Source: Hypanus sabinus (lineage: Eukaryota). From it: a DNA stretch of 63,866 nt. Under the pieces are notes generated by a model that saw nothing but the letters and a program-made list of their open reading frames with translations, searched no databases and had not been told where the DNA came from. Below are positions 35,403 to 47,695 of this stretch, one piece after another. The stretch spans positions 20,274,135 through 20,338,000 of the forward strand of contig NC_082731.1 of NCBI RefSeq assembly GCF_030144855.1. The letters run 5' to 3'. Positions within the stretch are counted from its first letter, which is position 1; the number at the start of each line of letters is the position of its first letter. Position numbers and translations under genes: made by a program.

Positions 35403-35445
35403 GATTGGTGTTCGGACCGGATTACTTCCACGCTCACAGCCAATC
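35403..35445 (+). promoter_or_regulatory. V3 promoter: inverted CCAAT box pair
   Basis: GATTGG 35403-35408, CCAATC 35440-35445. Confidence 0.6.
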
Positions 35446-35578
35446 AATCCACCGGTAGGGCTGCGCTCCCACATGTATATAAACTGAAATATGCCTCAGA
35501 TCTGATTTTACCCTTCATTGTCGATCATGGATATTAACTTACTGGACTGCAAGTAAGCTGTCTTTCGATCCGGACACC

Positions 35579-36011
35579 ATGAATTTCCCGTGTTCTCTGC
35601 TGATTATATTCGCTATGATGCCCGGTGAGTCTTCATGGTAACGGTCTGTATCTGTTCCTTATGTCCGGAGAAAGCTCGATCTGTTCATGCATTCTGCCAT
35701 TTTATTGCAGGAGCAATTGGGAACGATTCTGTGACGCAGTGGCCGATTGATTTAACGATTGTGGAAGAACAAAATGTAACACTGAACTGTAATTGCACTG
35801 TCGTACCTACCTATATTGCTTGGTACGTTCAACATCGAGTGGAATCTCCAAAATATTTGTTAAAGGTGTACAGCAGCGGAAAGATGGACCGGCATGCAGA
35901 TTGTCCGGCGAGGTTTACTGGTGGTTTCGACAGAGGCAACAAAATGGCACATTTGAAGATCTCTGGTTCTTTTCTGTCGGACTCCGCCGTGTATCTTTGT
36001 GCCATGAGTCC
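35579..36011 (+). CDS. TRAV/DV: TCR alpha/delta-type V segment V3 (leader 35579-35624, intron 35625-35710, V exon 35711-36011)
   Basis: Leader MNFPCSLLIIFAMMP-G. Exon AIGNDSVTQWPIDLTIVEEQNVTLNCNCTVVPTYIAWYVQHRVESPKYLLKVYSSGKMDRHADCPARFTGGFDRGNKMAHLKISGSFLSDSAVYLCAMS, followed by an RSS. Confidence 0.92.
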
Positions 36012-36050
36012 CACAGTGTTGTAAGGTGATGACAGCTCCGGACAAAATCC
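36012..36050 (+). other. 23-RSS (V3)
   Basis: CACAGTG, spacer TTGTAAGGTGATGACAGCTCCGG, nonamer ACAAAATCC. Confidence 0.93.
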
Positions 36051-39000
36051 CACGTCCGTGAGGCAGTGAGCGCTCGGCAGAGGGCGCCCTTAGCCGGGAA
36101 AGAGGCAGGAGCGCAGAAACAAATCCTCCACAGTCACGTGATCGAGTTAAGAACGAGAAAGTTATTCGCAATAGATACGCAGATTTGAGGAACACTCCGT
36201 CAATGGAATGTGCACTAATTTGCACTGATTGAAACGTTATGACACATTTCTCAAACAGATGCGACATGTAAGTTGACATAGGGGCAAAATATCCAGAACT
36301 GATCTGTATTTGCCAAGAGCCGGACAGCATATTTATATTACGGGTGCAGGAGAAGGAAGCGAAATAGAGATATTCGAAATAGGCGAGGCGCCAATTTCAG
36401 TGTATTTCTGGATACGTCCAAATAATGTGTGTACTATTCTCGGAATAGACACTGAAAGGCAAGCAAGGGCCATTGCAGATCCAAGAATAATATGCACAAG
36501 CTAAGGGCAGCAAGCACGTGCAATTAAATTCATACTCAACGCTGCCAGCGTAATCGCAGTGACAGCGGTTCAGAAGTCTGTAACGGCAGTGAAGGACACT
36601 GGAATTAATGCCGCAAGTACACTCCAGACAGAGAGAGAAGCACATGGATGTCAAATAGGTATAGAGCAGTAAAAAGATATCGGTGCAAAGGAAACGCCTC
36701 TAGAGGGAAAGCAGGGAATAGCTTTGTGGATGGGTCTCGGAGGCACATAAACTGGAACACACGGTCTGGGTACAATGTGGTGAAGGACCCAGGTGAAGAA
36801 TGAGCTTCAGCAGCACTGCCAGGGGATTGCTAAGCTCAGGGAGTGGACCAGCTGTCCCCGACAGAAACAATGCGCGACAGGAAAGGAAGACAAGCAAATA
36901 TATATCCAGAGAGCCCGGATACCTTCGGGATGGTTATCAGATGAGTTGGGGACGATGAGGATTTATAACCACAGCAGGTGCGGGTATTCAGCATTGCACC
37001 CAATACATCAACTGCTGGATGCACTGTCTGCCAGCTGAAGTGACAGTAATTAAAGTGGAATCTCAGCAGTAAGAGAAGAGTAAGGAGCATAAAGTAATAA
37101 CAAGAAATTTCAAGTGTGCAGGAAGAAACGTCGGAAGCCAGTTGAATAAAAACAGACAGCTCCGAGGTGCCCCTTGGATAACATTCAAGAAGCGGGGGGA
37201 AAGCTTATGTCTCGTCATTATGAAGAACAGAAACCTGCAGATGCTGGAAATCTAAGAAATACACACAGAGTGCTGGAGGAATTGACCTGGCCAGGCAGCA
37301 TCTCTGTAGTGATGATCTGTAATTGATCTGCCTGGTCTGCTGCGTTCCACTGGCATTTTGTGTGTAATGTCTTGTAATTATGGATCATTTCAGCCCGCAG
37401 GTAGAAACTTTCCCAACCAGAGACTGTACCGCCAGCAACGCTGCACGGAGTATTGTCAGGTAAACTTACCAAGGTGAAGAAAACTTGTAGACGGCTATGA
37501 CTAGGAAGCACATTTCACAGGGAAAGTGATCAATAAAATGTGCCGTATGCGATGGTATCGAGAACGGTTCAACGTACCATACCACCAAGGACGCGGCCTG
37601 TAAGATTAGTGCGCCTTCAGGGACCAGAACCTCATGAGATGCCTCGTGAGATGGTGCTGCCGCTTGATGTGTTGTGTGAGTACACGGAAGATCTGAAGCA
37701 GCAAGAACAAGGGACTGGAGTTATTTGGGCACAGAGCTCGGAAAAAGCGACGCTACCGACTTTGAGCACCGTAAATCAGCGAGATATTTGATATGTCTCT
37801 CCTCTCGCTGTGAAACGGTAACACCTCTTTTCCACTTATTAAGGAGAAAGAGAGGCTGTGATATTTCGAAAATGGGTTAACGATTTGTCTTTGATGTACT
37901 TCATATATCTGTCTTTCCTAATGCTTTCCTGCAGGCTTGAGTGCTCTTGCCGCGTGCCGTCGCTTTTTACCGGTGGGGGGAGGGGGGCCTCGTTGCTTTG
38001 ATGTTGCTTTTGCGTGGCGGGGGGGGGGTGTTGGGGGGCGGATTTACATTTCTAATTTCTGCCATTCATTCGTTGGGGCACCACTCTGTTTTCCTGGATG
38101 TATTAATATTATTGCAGGATGTATTTTCTATACGTTTCTCTGACAGTAAATATACCAATTTAACCTATAGAACCTATTGAACCGTCAGTGTTCAAGAAAG
38201 GTAGCAAACATAAACCAAAGAAAACCTTTACCAAAACGACAGCTGATGGAGAAAGACATGGGTTGATGTATTACCATTCATCCTGATGAGATTGCGAGCA
38301 ATCCAAACAGCACGCTGGCTGTCAGCCACAATGATCTATAGGTAGGGTGAAAACTCATATTCCTTATGAGATAATGACGGGCTGCGGTGAGACTGGGATG
38401 TACAGGGATAGCGAGATACTGTTTGTGAAAGAACATTGTCTGCCTCTTATCGTTTTCAAGGATTGAGCAAAACAACAGTAGCACATTGATGATCAGAGAG
38501 ATGCACTGGGAAAGGAAATAGTCCACCCAAATCCCCGTGACCAACTCATGGTGAGGGTGTTGGCTGAAAGTGTATGCTCCCAGATGGATCGGACGACAGA
38601 CGATACTTTTAAAAAGTGACTCGTGTTTTTGTGAATGCTTTACGAGTCAGCCAGTGGAAACGATGGATTCATATTATACTGTATTTATCACCTTCTGGTT
38701 GCGACTATAGACAATGCAGGGTATGAGTGCAGCTAGTAACCCTGTAATTATAGACAATCCAAGAAATGGACACCAGTCAGCCACACCAGAACTGACCACA
38801 ACGGATGGAAACAGATCCATAGCAAACGCGAAGGTAGAGGGCACCGAGATTGTGAGAGAAACCTGTGAATAACATGCTAAAGAGCAATGGTGAACGTACT
38901 CTGTTCCGACCGCTGATTACTGTAGGTATGTGATTAGTTTAATAGTAGGAAATAGAAAATATATTGCAGAAAATATCTCGGCAGAGATTTAAGTTAAAGC

Positions 39001-40267
39001 AGACAGATCCATAAATTCGATAGTATGGTAGAATGAGAAATATTGACGACGGAATCTGAAGACAGTTACGCTCAGTAGCAATGAGGAACAGAAGTAGATT
39101 GGCCACTTTCAGCAGTTGCGGCCAGCGATCGCCTGTTAAATTCGGCCAGGATTTGCAACCAGGGAGAGGTCGTTTTAGTAATTGAAATGAAGACCACCCG
39201 AACCCCTTATTGTACATCGATGAGAGGGCCTGTGAGCCTTATGAATTTACTTTACTGCAGCCCCTGGAAAAAGAGTTTTAGCTACCAGATAATGGAGCGA
39301 TGGACAAGCAATTAACTTAGATCCAATCAGTCAGCAAAGGAAGAACCAACAGGCATACCCATGAAAGCTGCATTTCTAAAGACTGTTGTTCACTTTTCTA
39401 GACAAACTCTCTGCTTAGCATTTTCAAGGTACCAATTAGGTATGATAGGGTATATGTACAAACGCCTGCAGGAATTATGGGAAATTCCGACGGAGGGCAT
39501 TTTTGCTGCGCAGTTTGAGTAGATCTTCCTTAAGAATGGCCTTTCGTCCAGATAATTATATCTGCCCGTGGTGCCGGAAGCAGGAAATGGTCGAGAGAAT
39601 TTTAGATCAGGCACATGTGGCGATAAATGTAATTGACTTCTGCGACTAGCCTTCAGAATCGAATATGCATTTTGGATTATTTTAGAATGCAGCTCTGAAC
39701 AAATGGTTCCTCAACGCCGCAGACAATCGGACCAGACAATCCTGATTAAAATGCATTTTGATGTCTGTGGTATGGGTGCGAATCGTGAGGTGTGAGGTTT
39801 GTGTGTGCTTATAATGAAAGCATTGTGGGTGAATTGTAAATATCGGATTGTCCTTTGATGGTTAGTACATAATATATGAGGTAGCTTGGGCAACGAGTCT
39901 TTCAACAGAAAGGGACTTAATACAGTATATTGCTCGCTGTATCTTGTTTTTTTTTCAAAAAAAAACTCACCCTGATTATACTATAATCGGCTGTCGTTTT
40001 CAGGTACGTCGTTTGCTCCACCCTCTCCTAAGGGACTCCTCTAGCTGCTGCCTCCCGTCCGCTTTCCGCGGGGATTGCTCTTTCTGCAATTGCTTTTCAA
40101 CCGTAATCACCACTAATATTCAATTAAGCATTTACACTTGTAAGTGGCTGGATAATTACACCTGCCTCACTACCATTGAGTGCCGAATACGCTTTGCCTA
40201 CTTCCTGCCTCAGTGGCATGTCCTCCGTTGGCCGGAGGGACGACATGCGGAGAAAATTGCATCTGAA

Positions 40268-40420
40268 TTCAGATTCAGTTTATTGTCATTTATAAACCAC
40301 ATATACAATGCAGTTAAAAATGGGACAACGTTCCCTGGAATGATATCACGAAGAAGAACAAAACAGACCACACAAGAAAGACCACATAACGTTTGTTAAT
40401 CCCCAATCCAGAGTCCTGAG
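40268..40420 (-). mobile_element. Short retroposon 3'-tail insertion found only in the 5.8-kb units
   Basis: TTCAGATTCAGTTTATTGTCATT is the reverse complement of an AATAAA-(CTGAAT)n tail. It is absent from the homologous spacers at ~20090, ~32910 and ~3540. Confidence 0.45.
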
Positions 40421-40553
40421 AGGCGGAGGAGAGAGTAAAATCCAGGAAAAAGTGTGGGGAAATAATATGATGCAAAAGTTGAGGGAGAAAGAGTGCGATT
40501 GGGAATGATGAAGTGAGAAAATGAATATATGAGGGAGACATAAGAGCACTGAA

Positions 40554-40555
<2 letters not shown>

Positions 40556-40619
<64 letters not shown>
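40556..40619. repeat. Compound microsatellite (TG)23(AG)9 in A units, also at 52200-52263
   Basis: Counted directly. Confidence 0.9.
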
Positions 40620-41221
40620 TGAGAGAGAAATGGTGATCGATAGAGCAGTAAGTAGAGCGAGCGGTAGGGGAATAGAGAGAAACTGGGAAGGGGAGAATTA
40701 GTGGTCGAAAACTGTAAGAGGTTCAGGTTCAGCCTGAGGTTCAGCCTTCGTAGCGTATTGTTTATCGCGAAGCTGTTTACAGTTCTGGGCATCGGATTTC
40801 GGTGTTCGATTCCTGCGCATCTACAAAGAGCCGGATGACATCCCTTCGGAAATTGCGGAAATTCTGCGGGATTTGCAGTCTCCGCCTACAGTCCAAAGAT
40901 GTCATGTGTGTTAATGACTTATTTTAATTTGAGCAGCAATTAGGTTAGAGTCTTGGATCTCCAGAACGAATGAGAGGGGAGAATATGGTAAGAAAAGTAG
41001 AGGCCTATCGATAAGCCTAAGTAGTTGTAAGGTAAGGACATGGTCAGCATAGCTTTGCGGGCCGCAGGCCTGTATTGTGCATTAGGTTCTAAGGTTTCTA
41101 TGTTTCCAGTGAGTGAGATTGCTAATAAGAGAAAGGAGGAGAAACAAACCGAGTAAGAAATACGAGATAGAAAGAGGTACAAAGGCAAGCAGAAGCAGCA
41201 AATAGAATTGAAACAAAATGT

Positions 41222-41264
41222 GATTGGTGTCCGGACCGGATTCATTTGGCGCTCACAGCCAATC
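41222..41264 (+). promoter_or_regulatory. V4 promoter: inverted CCAAT box pair
   Basis: GATTGG 41222-41227, CCAATC 41259-41264. Confidence 0.6.
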
Positions 41265-41396
41265 AAAGCAACGGCAGGACCGCGCCCCCACACTTAGGCA
41301 AGCTCAAATATGCCGCAGGTCTGATTTTACTCTTAATTATCGGTCAAGTATATTAAGTGATTAGACTGCAAGTAAGTTGTCTTTAGATCGGAGAGC

Positions 41397-41829
41397 ATGA
41401 ATTTCCTGTGTTCTGTGCTGATTCTATTGGCCATGATGCCCGGTGAGTCTTCGCGGTAACGGTCCGTATCTGTTCCTTATATCCGGCGAAAGCTCGATCT
41501 GTTCATGCATTCTGTCATTTTATTGCAGGAGCAATTGGGAAAGATTCCGTGACACAGCGGCCGACTGATATAACGATTGTGGAAGGACAAAATGTAACAC
41601 TGAACTGTAATTACACTGGCGATGCTAACTATATTTTTTGGTACGTTCAGCATCGAGTGGTTTCTCCAAAATACTTGATAAGGTTTTATAGCAGCGGAAA
41701 GATGGACCGGCATGCAGATTGTCCGGCGAGGTTTACTGGTGGTTTCGACAGAGGCAACAAAATGGCACATTTGAAGATCTCTGGTTCTTTTCTGTCGGAC
41801 TCCGCCGTGTATCTTTGTGCCATGAGTCC
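41397..41829 (+). CDS. TRAV/DV: TCR alpha/delta-type V segment V4 (leader 41397-41442, intron 41443-41528, V exon 41529-41829)
   Basis: Leader MNFLCSVLILLAMMP-G. Exon AIGKDSVTQRPTDITIVEGQNVTLNCNYTGDANYIFWYVQHRVVSPKYLIRFYSSGKMDRHADCPARFTGGFDRGNKMAHLKISGSFLSDSAVYLCAMS. Confidence 0.92.
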
Positions 41830-41868
41830 CACAGTGTTGTTCGGTGATGACAGCTCCGGACAAAATCC
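41830..41868 (+). other. 23-RSS (V4)
   Basis: CACAGTG, spacer TTGTTCGGTGATGACAGCTCCGG, nonamer ACAAAATCC. Confidence 0.93.
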
Positions 41869-44800
41869 CACGTCCGTGAGGCAGTGAGCGCTCGGCAGAG
41901 GGCGCCCTTAGCCGGGAAAGTGGCAGGAGCGCAGAAACAAACCCTCCACAGTCACGTGATCGAGTTAAGAACGAGAAAGTTATTCGCAATAGATACGCAG
42001 ATTTGAGGAACACTCCGTCAATGGAATGTGCACTAATTTGCACTGATTGAAACGTTATGACACATTTCTCAAACAGATGCGACATGTTAGTTGACATAGG
42101 GGCAAAATATCCAGAACTGATCTGTATTTGCCAAGAGCCGGACAGCATATTTATATTACGGGTGCAGGTGAAGGAAGCGAAATAGAGATATTCGAAATAG
42201 GCGAGGCGCCAATTTCAGTGTATTTCTGGATACGTCCAAATAATGTGTGTACTATTCTCGGAATAGACACTGAAAGGCAAGCAAGGGCCATTGCAGATCC
42301 AAGAATAATATGCACAAGCTAAGGGCAGCAAGCACGTGCAATTAAATTCATACTCAACGCTGCCAGCGTAATCGCAGTGACAGCGGTTCAGAAGTCTGTA
42401 ACGGCAGTGAAGGACACTGGAATTAATGCCGCAAGTACACTCCAGACAGAGAGAGAAGCACATGGATGTCAAATAGGTATAGAGCAGTAAAAAGATATCG
42501 GTGCAAAGGAAACGCCTCTAGAGGGAAAGCAGGGAATAGCTTTGTGGATGGGTCTCGGAGGCACATAAACTGGAACACACGGTCTGGGTACAATGTGGTG
42601 AAGGACCCAGGTGAAGAATGAGCTTCAGCAGCACTGCCAGGGGATTGCTAAGCTCAGGTGGTGGACCAGCTGTCCCCGACAGAAACAATGCGCGACAGGA
42701 AAGGAAGACAAGCAAATATATATCCAGAGAGCCCGGATACCTTCGGGATGGTTATCAGATGAGTTGGGGACGATGAGGATTTATAACCACAGCAGGTGCG
42801 GGTATTCAGCATTGCACCCAATACATCAACTGCTGGATGCACTGTCTGCCAGCTGAAGTGACAGTAATTAAAGTGGAATCTCAGCAGTAAGAGAAGAGTA
42901 AGGAGCATAAAGTAATAACAAGAAATTTCAAGTGTGCAGGAAGAAACGTCGGAAGCCAGTTGAATAAAAACAGACAGCTCCGAGGTGCCCCTTGGATAAC
43001 ATTCAAGAAGCGGGGGGAAAGCTTATGTCTCGTCATTATGAAGAACAGAAACCTGCAGATGCTGGAAATCTAAGAAATACACACAGAGTGCTGGAGGAAT
43101 TGACCTGGCCAGGCAGCATCTCTGTAGTGATGATCTGTAATTGATCTGCCTGGTCTGCTGCGTTCCACTGGCATTTTGTGTGTAATGTCTTGTAATTATG
43201 GATCATTTCAGCCCGCAGGTAGAAACTTTCCCAACCAGAGACTGTACCGCCAGCAACGCTGCACGGAGTATTGTCAGGTAAACTTACCAAGGTGAAGAAA
43301 ACTTGTAGACGGCTATGACTAGGAAGCACATTTCACAGGGAAAGTGATCAATAAAATGTGCCGTATGCGATGGTATCGAGAACGGTCAACGTACCATACC
43401 ACCAAGGACGCGGCCTGTAAGATTAGTGCGCCATCAGGGACCAGAACCTCATGAGATGCCTCGTGAGATGGTGCTGCCGCTTGATGTGTTGTGTGAGTAC
43501 ACGGAAGATCTGAAGCAGCAAGAACAAGGGACTGGAGTTATTTGGGCACAGAGCTCGGAAAAAGCGACGCTACCGACTTTGAGCACCGTAAATCAGCGAG
43601 ATGTTTGATATGTCTCTCCTCTCGCTGTGAAACGGTAACACCTCTTTTCCACTTATTAAGGAGAAAGAGAGGCTGTGATATTTCGAAAATGGGTTAACGA
43701 TTTGTCTTTGATGTACTTCATATATCTGTCTTTCCTAATGCTTTCCTGCAGGCTTGAGTGCTCTTGCCGCGTGCCGTCGCTTTTTACCGGTGGGGGGAGG
43801 GGGGCCTCGTTGCTTTGATGTTGCTTTTGCGTGGCGGGGGGGGGGTGTTGGGGGGCGGATTTACATTTCTAATTTCTGCCATTCATTCGTTGGGGCACCA
43901 CTCTGTTTTCCTGGATGTATTAATATTATTGCAGGATGTATTTTCTATACGTTTCTCTGACAGTAAATATACCAATTTAACCTATAGAACCTATTGAACC
44001 GTCAGTGTTCAAGAAAGGTAGCAAACATAAACCAAAGAAAACCTTTACCAAAACGACAGCTGATGGAGAAAGACATGGGTTGATGTATTACCATTCATCC
44101 TGATGAGATTGCGAGCAATCCAAACAGCACGCTGGCTGTCAGCCACAATGATCTATAGGTAGGGTGAAAACTCATATTCCTTATGAGATAATGACGGGCT
44201 GCGGTGAGACTGGGATGTACAGGGATAGCGAGATACTGTTTGTGAAAGAACATTGTCTGCCTCTTATCGTTTTCAAGGATTGAGCAAAACAACAGTAGCA
44301 CATTGATGATCAGAGAGATGCACTGGGAAAGGAAATAGTCCACCCAAATCCCCGTGACCAACTCATGGTGAGGGTGTTGGCTGAAAGTGTATGCTCCCAG
44401 ATGGATCGGACGACAGACGATACTTTTAAAAAGTGACTCGTGTTTTTGTGAATGCTTTACGAGTCAGCCAGTGGAAACGATGGATTCATATTATACTGTA
44501 TTTATCACCTTCTGGTTGCGACTATAGACAATGCAGGGTATGAGTGCAGCTAGTAACCGTGTAATTATAGACAATCCAAGAAATGGACACCAGTCAGCCA
44601 CACCAGAACTGACCACAACGGATGGAAACAGATCCATAGCAAACGCGAAGGTAGAGGGCACCGAGATTGTGAGAGAAACCTGTGAATAACATGCTAAAGA
44701 GCAATGGTGAACGTACTCTGTTCCGACCGCTGATTACTGTAGGTATGTGATGAGTTTAATAGTAGGAAATAGAAAATATATTGCAGAAAATATCTCGGCA

Positions 44801-46370
44801 GAGATTTAAGTTAAAGCAGACAGATCCATAAATTCGATAGTATGGTAGAATGAGAAATATTGACGACGGAATCTGAAGACAGTTACGCTCAGTAGCAATG
44901 AGGAACAGAAGTAGATTGGCCACTTTCAGCAGTTGCGGCCAGCGATCGCCTGTTAAATTCGGCCAGGATTTGCAACCAGGGAGAGGTCGTTTTAGTAATT
45001 GAAATGAAGACCACCCGAACCCCTTATTGTACATCGATGAGAGGGCCTGTGAGCCTTATGAATTTACTTTACTGCAGCCCCTGGAAAAAGAGTTTTAGCT
45101 ACCAGATAATGGAGCGATGGACAAGCAATTAACTTAGATCCAATCAGTCAGCAAAGGAAGAACCAACAGGCATACCCATGAAAGCTGCATTTCTAAAGAC
45201 TGTTGTTCACTTTTCTAGACAAACTCTCTGCTTAGCATTTTCAAGGTACCAATTAGGTATGATAGGGTATATGTACAAACGCCTGCAGGAATTATGGGAA
45301 ATTCCGACGGAGGGCATTTTTGCTGCGCAGTTTGAGTAGATCTTCCTTAAGAATGGCCTTTCGTCCAGATAATTATATCTGCCCGTGGTGCCGGGAGCAG
45401 GAAATGGTCGAGAGAATTTTAGATCAAGCACATGTGGCGATAAATGTAATTGACTTCTGCGACTAGCCTTCAGAATCGAATATGCATTTTGGATTATTTT
45501 AGAATGCAGCTCTGAACAAATGGTTCCTCAACGCCGCAGACAATCGGACCAGACAATCCTGATTAAAATGCATTTCGATGTCTGTGGTATGGGTGCGAAT
45601 CGTGAGGTGTGAGGTTTGTGTGTGCTTATAATGAAAGCATTGTGGGTGAATTGTAAATATCGGATTGTCCTTTGATGGTTAGTACATAATATATGAGGTA
45701 GCTTGGGCAACGAGTCTTTCAACAGAAAGGGACTTAATACAGTATATTGCTCGCTGTATCTTGTTTTTTTTTCAAAAAAAAACTCACCCTGATTATACTA
45801 TAATCGGCTGTCGTTTTCAGGTACGTCGTTTGCTCCACCCTCTCCTAAGGGAGTCCTCTAGCTGCTCCCTCCCGTCCGCTTTCCGCGGGGATTGCTCTTT
45901 CTGCAATTGCTTTTCAACCGTAATCACCACTAATATTCAATTAAGCACTTACACTTGTAAGTGGCTGGATAATTACACCTGCCTCACTACCATTGAGTAC
46001 CGAATACGCTTTGCCTACTTCCTGCCTCAGTGGCATGTCCTCCGTTGGCCGGAGGGACGACATGCGGAGAAAATTGCATCTGAATTCAGATTCAGTTTAT
46101 TGTCATTTATAAACCACATATACAATGCAGTTAAAAATGGGACAACGTTCTCTGGAATGATATCACGAAGAAGAACAAAACAGACCACACAAGAAAGACC
46201 ACATAACGTTTGTTAATCCCCAATCCAGAGTCCTGAGAGGCGGAGGAGAGAGTAAAATCCAGGAAAAAGTGTGGGGAAATAATATGATGCAAAAGTTGAG
46301 GGAGAAAGAGTGCGATTGGGAATGATGAAGTGAGAAAATGAATATATGAGGGAGACATAAGAGCACTGAA

Positions 46371-46372
<2 letters not shown>

Positions 46373-46446
<74 letters not shown>
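46373..46446. repeat. Compound microsatellite (TG)20(AG)17 in B units, also at 58305-58378
   Basis: Counted directly. Confidence 0.9.
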
Positions 46447-46449
<3 letters not shown>

Positions 46450-47048
46450 GAGAGAAATGGTGATCGATAGAGCAGTAAGTAGAGCGAGCGGTAGGGGAAT
46501 AGAGAGAAACTGGGAAGGGGAGAATTAGTGGTCGAAAACTGTAAGAGGTTCAGGTTCAGCCTGAGGTTCAGCCTTCGTAGCGTATTGTTTATCGCGAAGC
46601 TGTTTACAGTTCTGGGCATCGGATTTCGGTGTTCGATTCCTGCGCATCTACAAAGAGCCGGATGACATCCCTTCGGAAAGTGCGGAATTTCTGCGGGATT
46701 TGCAGTCTCCGCCTACAGTCCAAAGATGTCATGTGTGTTAATGACTTATTTTAATTTGAGCAGCAATTAGGTTAGAGTCTTGGATCTCCAGAACGAATGA
46801 GAGGGGAGAATATGGTAAGAAAAGTAGAGGCCTATCGATAAGCCTAAGTAGTTGTAAGGTAAGGACATGGTCAGCATAGCTTTGCGGGCCGCAGGCCTGT
46901 ATTGTGCATTAGGTTCTAAGGTTTCTATGTTTCCAGTGAGTGAGATTGCTAATAAGAGAAAGGAGGAGAAACAAACCGAGTAAGAAATACGAGATAGAAA
47001 GAGGTACAAAGGCAAGCAGAAGCAGCAAATAGAATTGAAACAAAATGT

Positions 47049-47091
47049 GATTGGTGTCCGGACCGGATTCATTTGGCGCTCACAGCCAATC
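47049..47091 (+). promoter_or_regulatory. V5 promoter: inverted CCAAT box pair
   Basis: Same as V4, offset +5827. Confidence 0.6.
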
Positions 47092-47223
47092 AAAGCAACG
47101 GCAGGACCGCGCCCCCACACTTAGGCAAGCTCAAATATGCCGCAGGTCTGATTTTACTCTTAATTATCGGTCAAGTATATTAAGTGATTAGACTGCAAGT
47201 AAGTTGTCTTTAGATCGGAGAGC

Positions 47224-47656
47224 ATGAATTTCCTGTGTTCTGTGCTGATTCTATTGGCCATGATGCCCGGTGAGGCTTCGCGGTAACGGTCCGTATCTGT
47301 TCCTTATATCCGGCGAAAGCTCGATCTGTTCATGCATTCTGTCATTTTATTGCAGGAGCAATTGGGAAAGATTCCGTGACACAGCGGCCGACTGATATAA
47401 CGATTGTGGAAGGACAAAATGTAACACTGAACTGTAATTACACTGGCGATGCTAACTATATTTTTTGGTACGTTCAGCATCGAGTGGAATCTCCAAAATA
47501 CTTGATAAGGTTTTATAGCAGCGGAAAGATGGACCGGCATGCAGATTGTCCGGCGAGGTTTACTGGTGGTTTCGACAGAGGCAACAAAATGGCACATTTG
47601 AAGATCTCTGGTTCTTTTCTGTCGGACTCCGCCGTGTATCTTTGTGCCATGAGTCC
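47224..47656 (+). CDS. TRAV/DV: TCR alpha/delta-type V segment V5 (leader 47224-47269, intron 47270-47355, V exon 47356-47656)
   Basis: Same as V4 except HRVESPK (GAA for GTT) and donor GTGAGG. Confidence 0.9.
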
Positions 47657-47695
47657 CACAGTGTTGTTCGGTGATGACAGCTCCGGACAAAATCC
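47657..47695 (+). other. 23-RSS (V5)
   Basis: CACAGTG-23-ACAAAATCC. Confidence 0.93.

Noticed and set aside
36130-36136. Cryptic heptamer CACAGTC downstream of V3-V7, and nonamer-like GCAAAAACA at ~1210
   Set aside because: No matching nonamer or heptamer at 12- or 23-bp spacing, so no embedded D segment or second RSS is supported.
41549-41887. V4-V7 ORFs read through the RSS (PTVLFGDDSSGQNPTSVRQ*), suggesting a secreted or non-rearranging V-only protein
   Set aside because: This follows from the AA>TC spacer change removing a TAA. The RSS is intact and the extension has no recognisable features. Track ORFs also start at an internal GTG rather than the spliced leader.
41477-42148. 223-aa antisense ORF over V4-V7 (156 aa over V3, 245 aa over V2)
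   Set aside because: A shadow frame of the V exon with no recognisable domain. Its recurrence reflects DNA duplication, not protein conservation.
47270-47275. Donor GTGAGG in V5 and V7 as an inactivating splice mutation
   Set aside because: Only the +6 position changes. GT and the +3 to +5 bases are intact, so splicing is probably retained.
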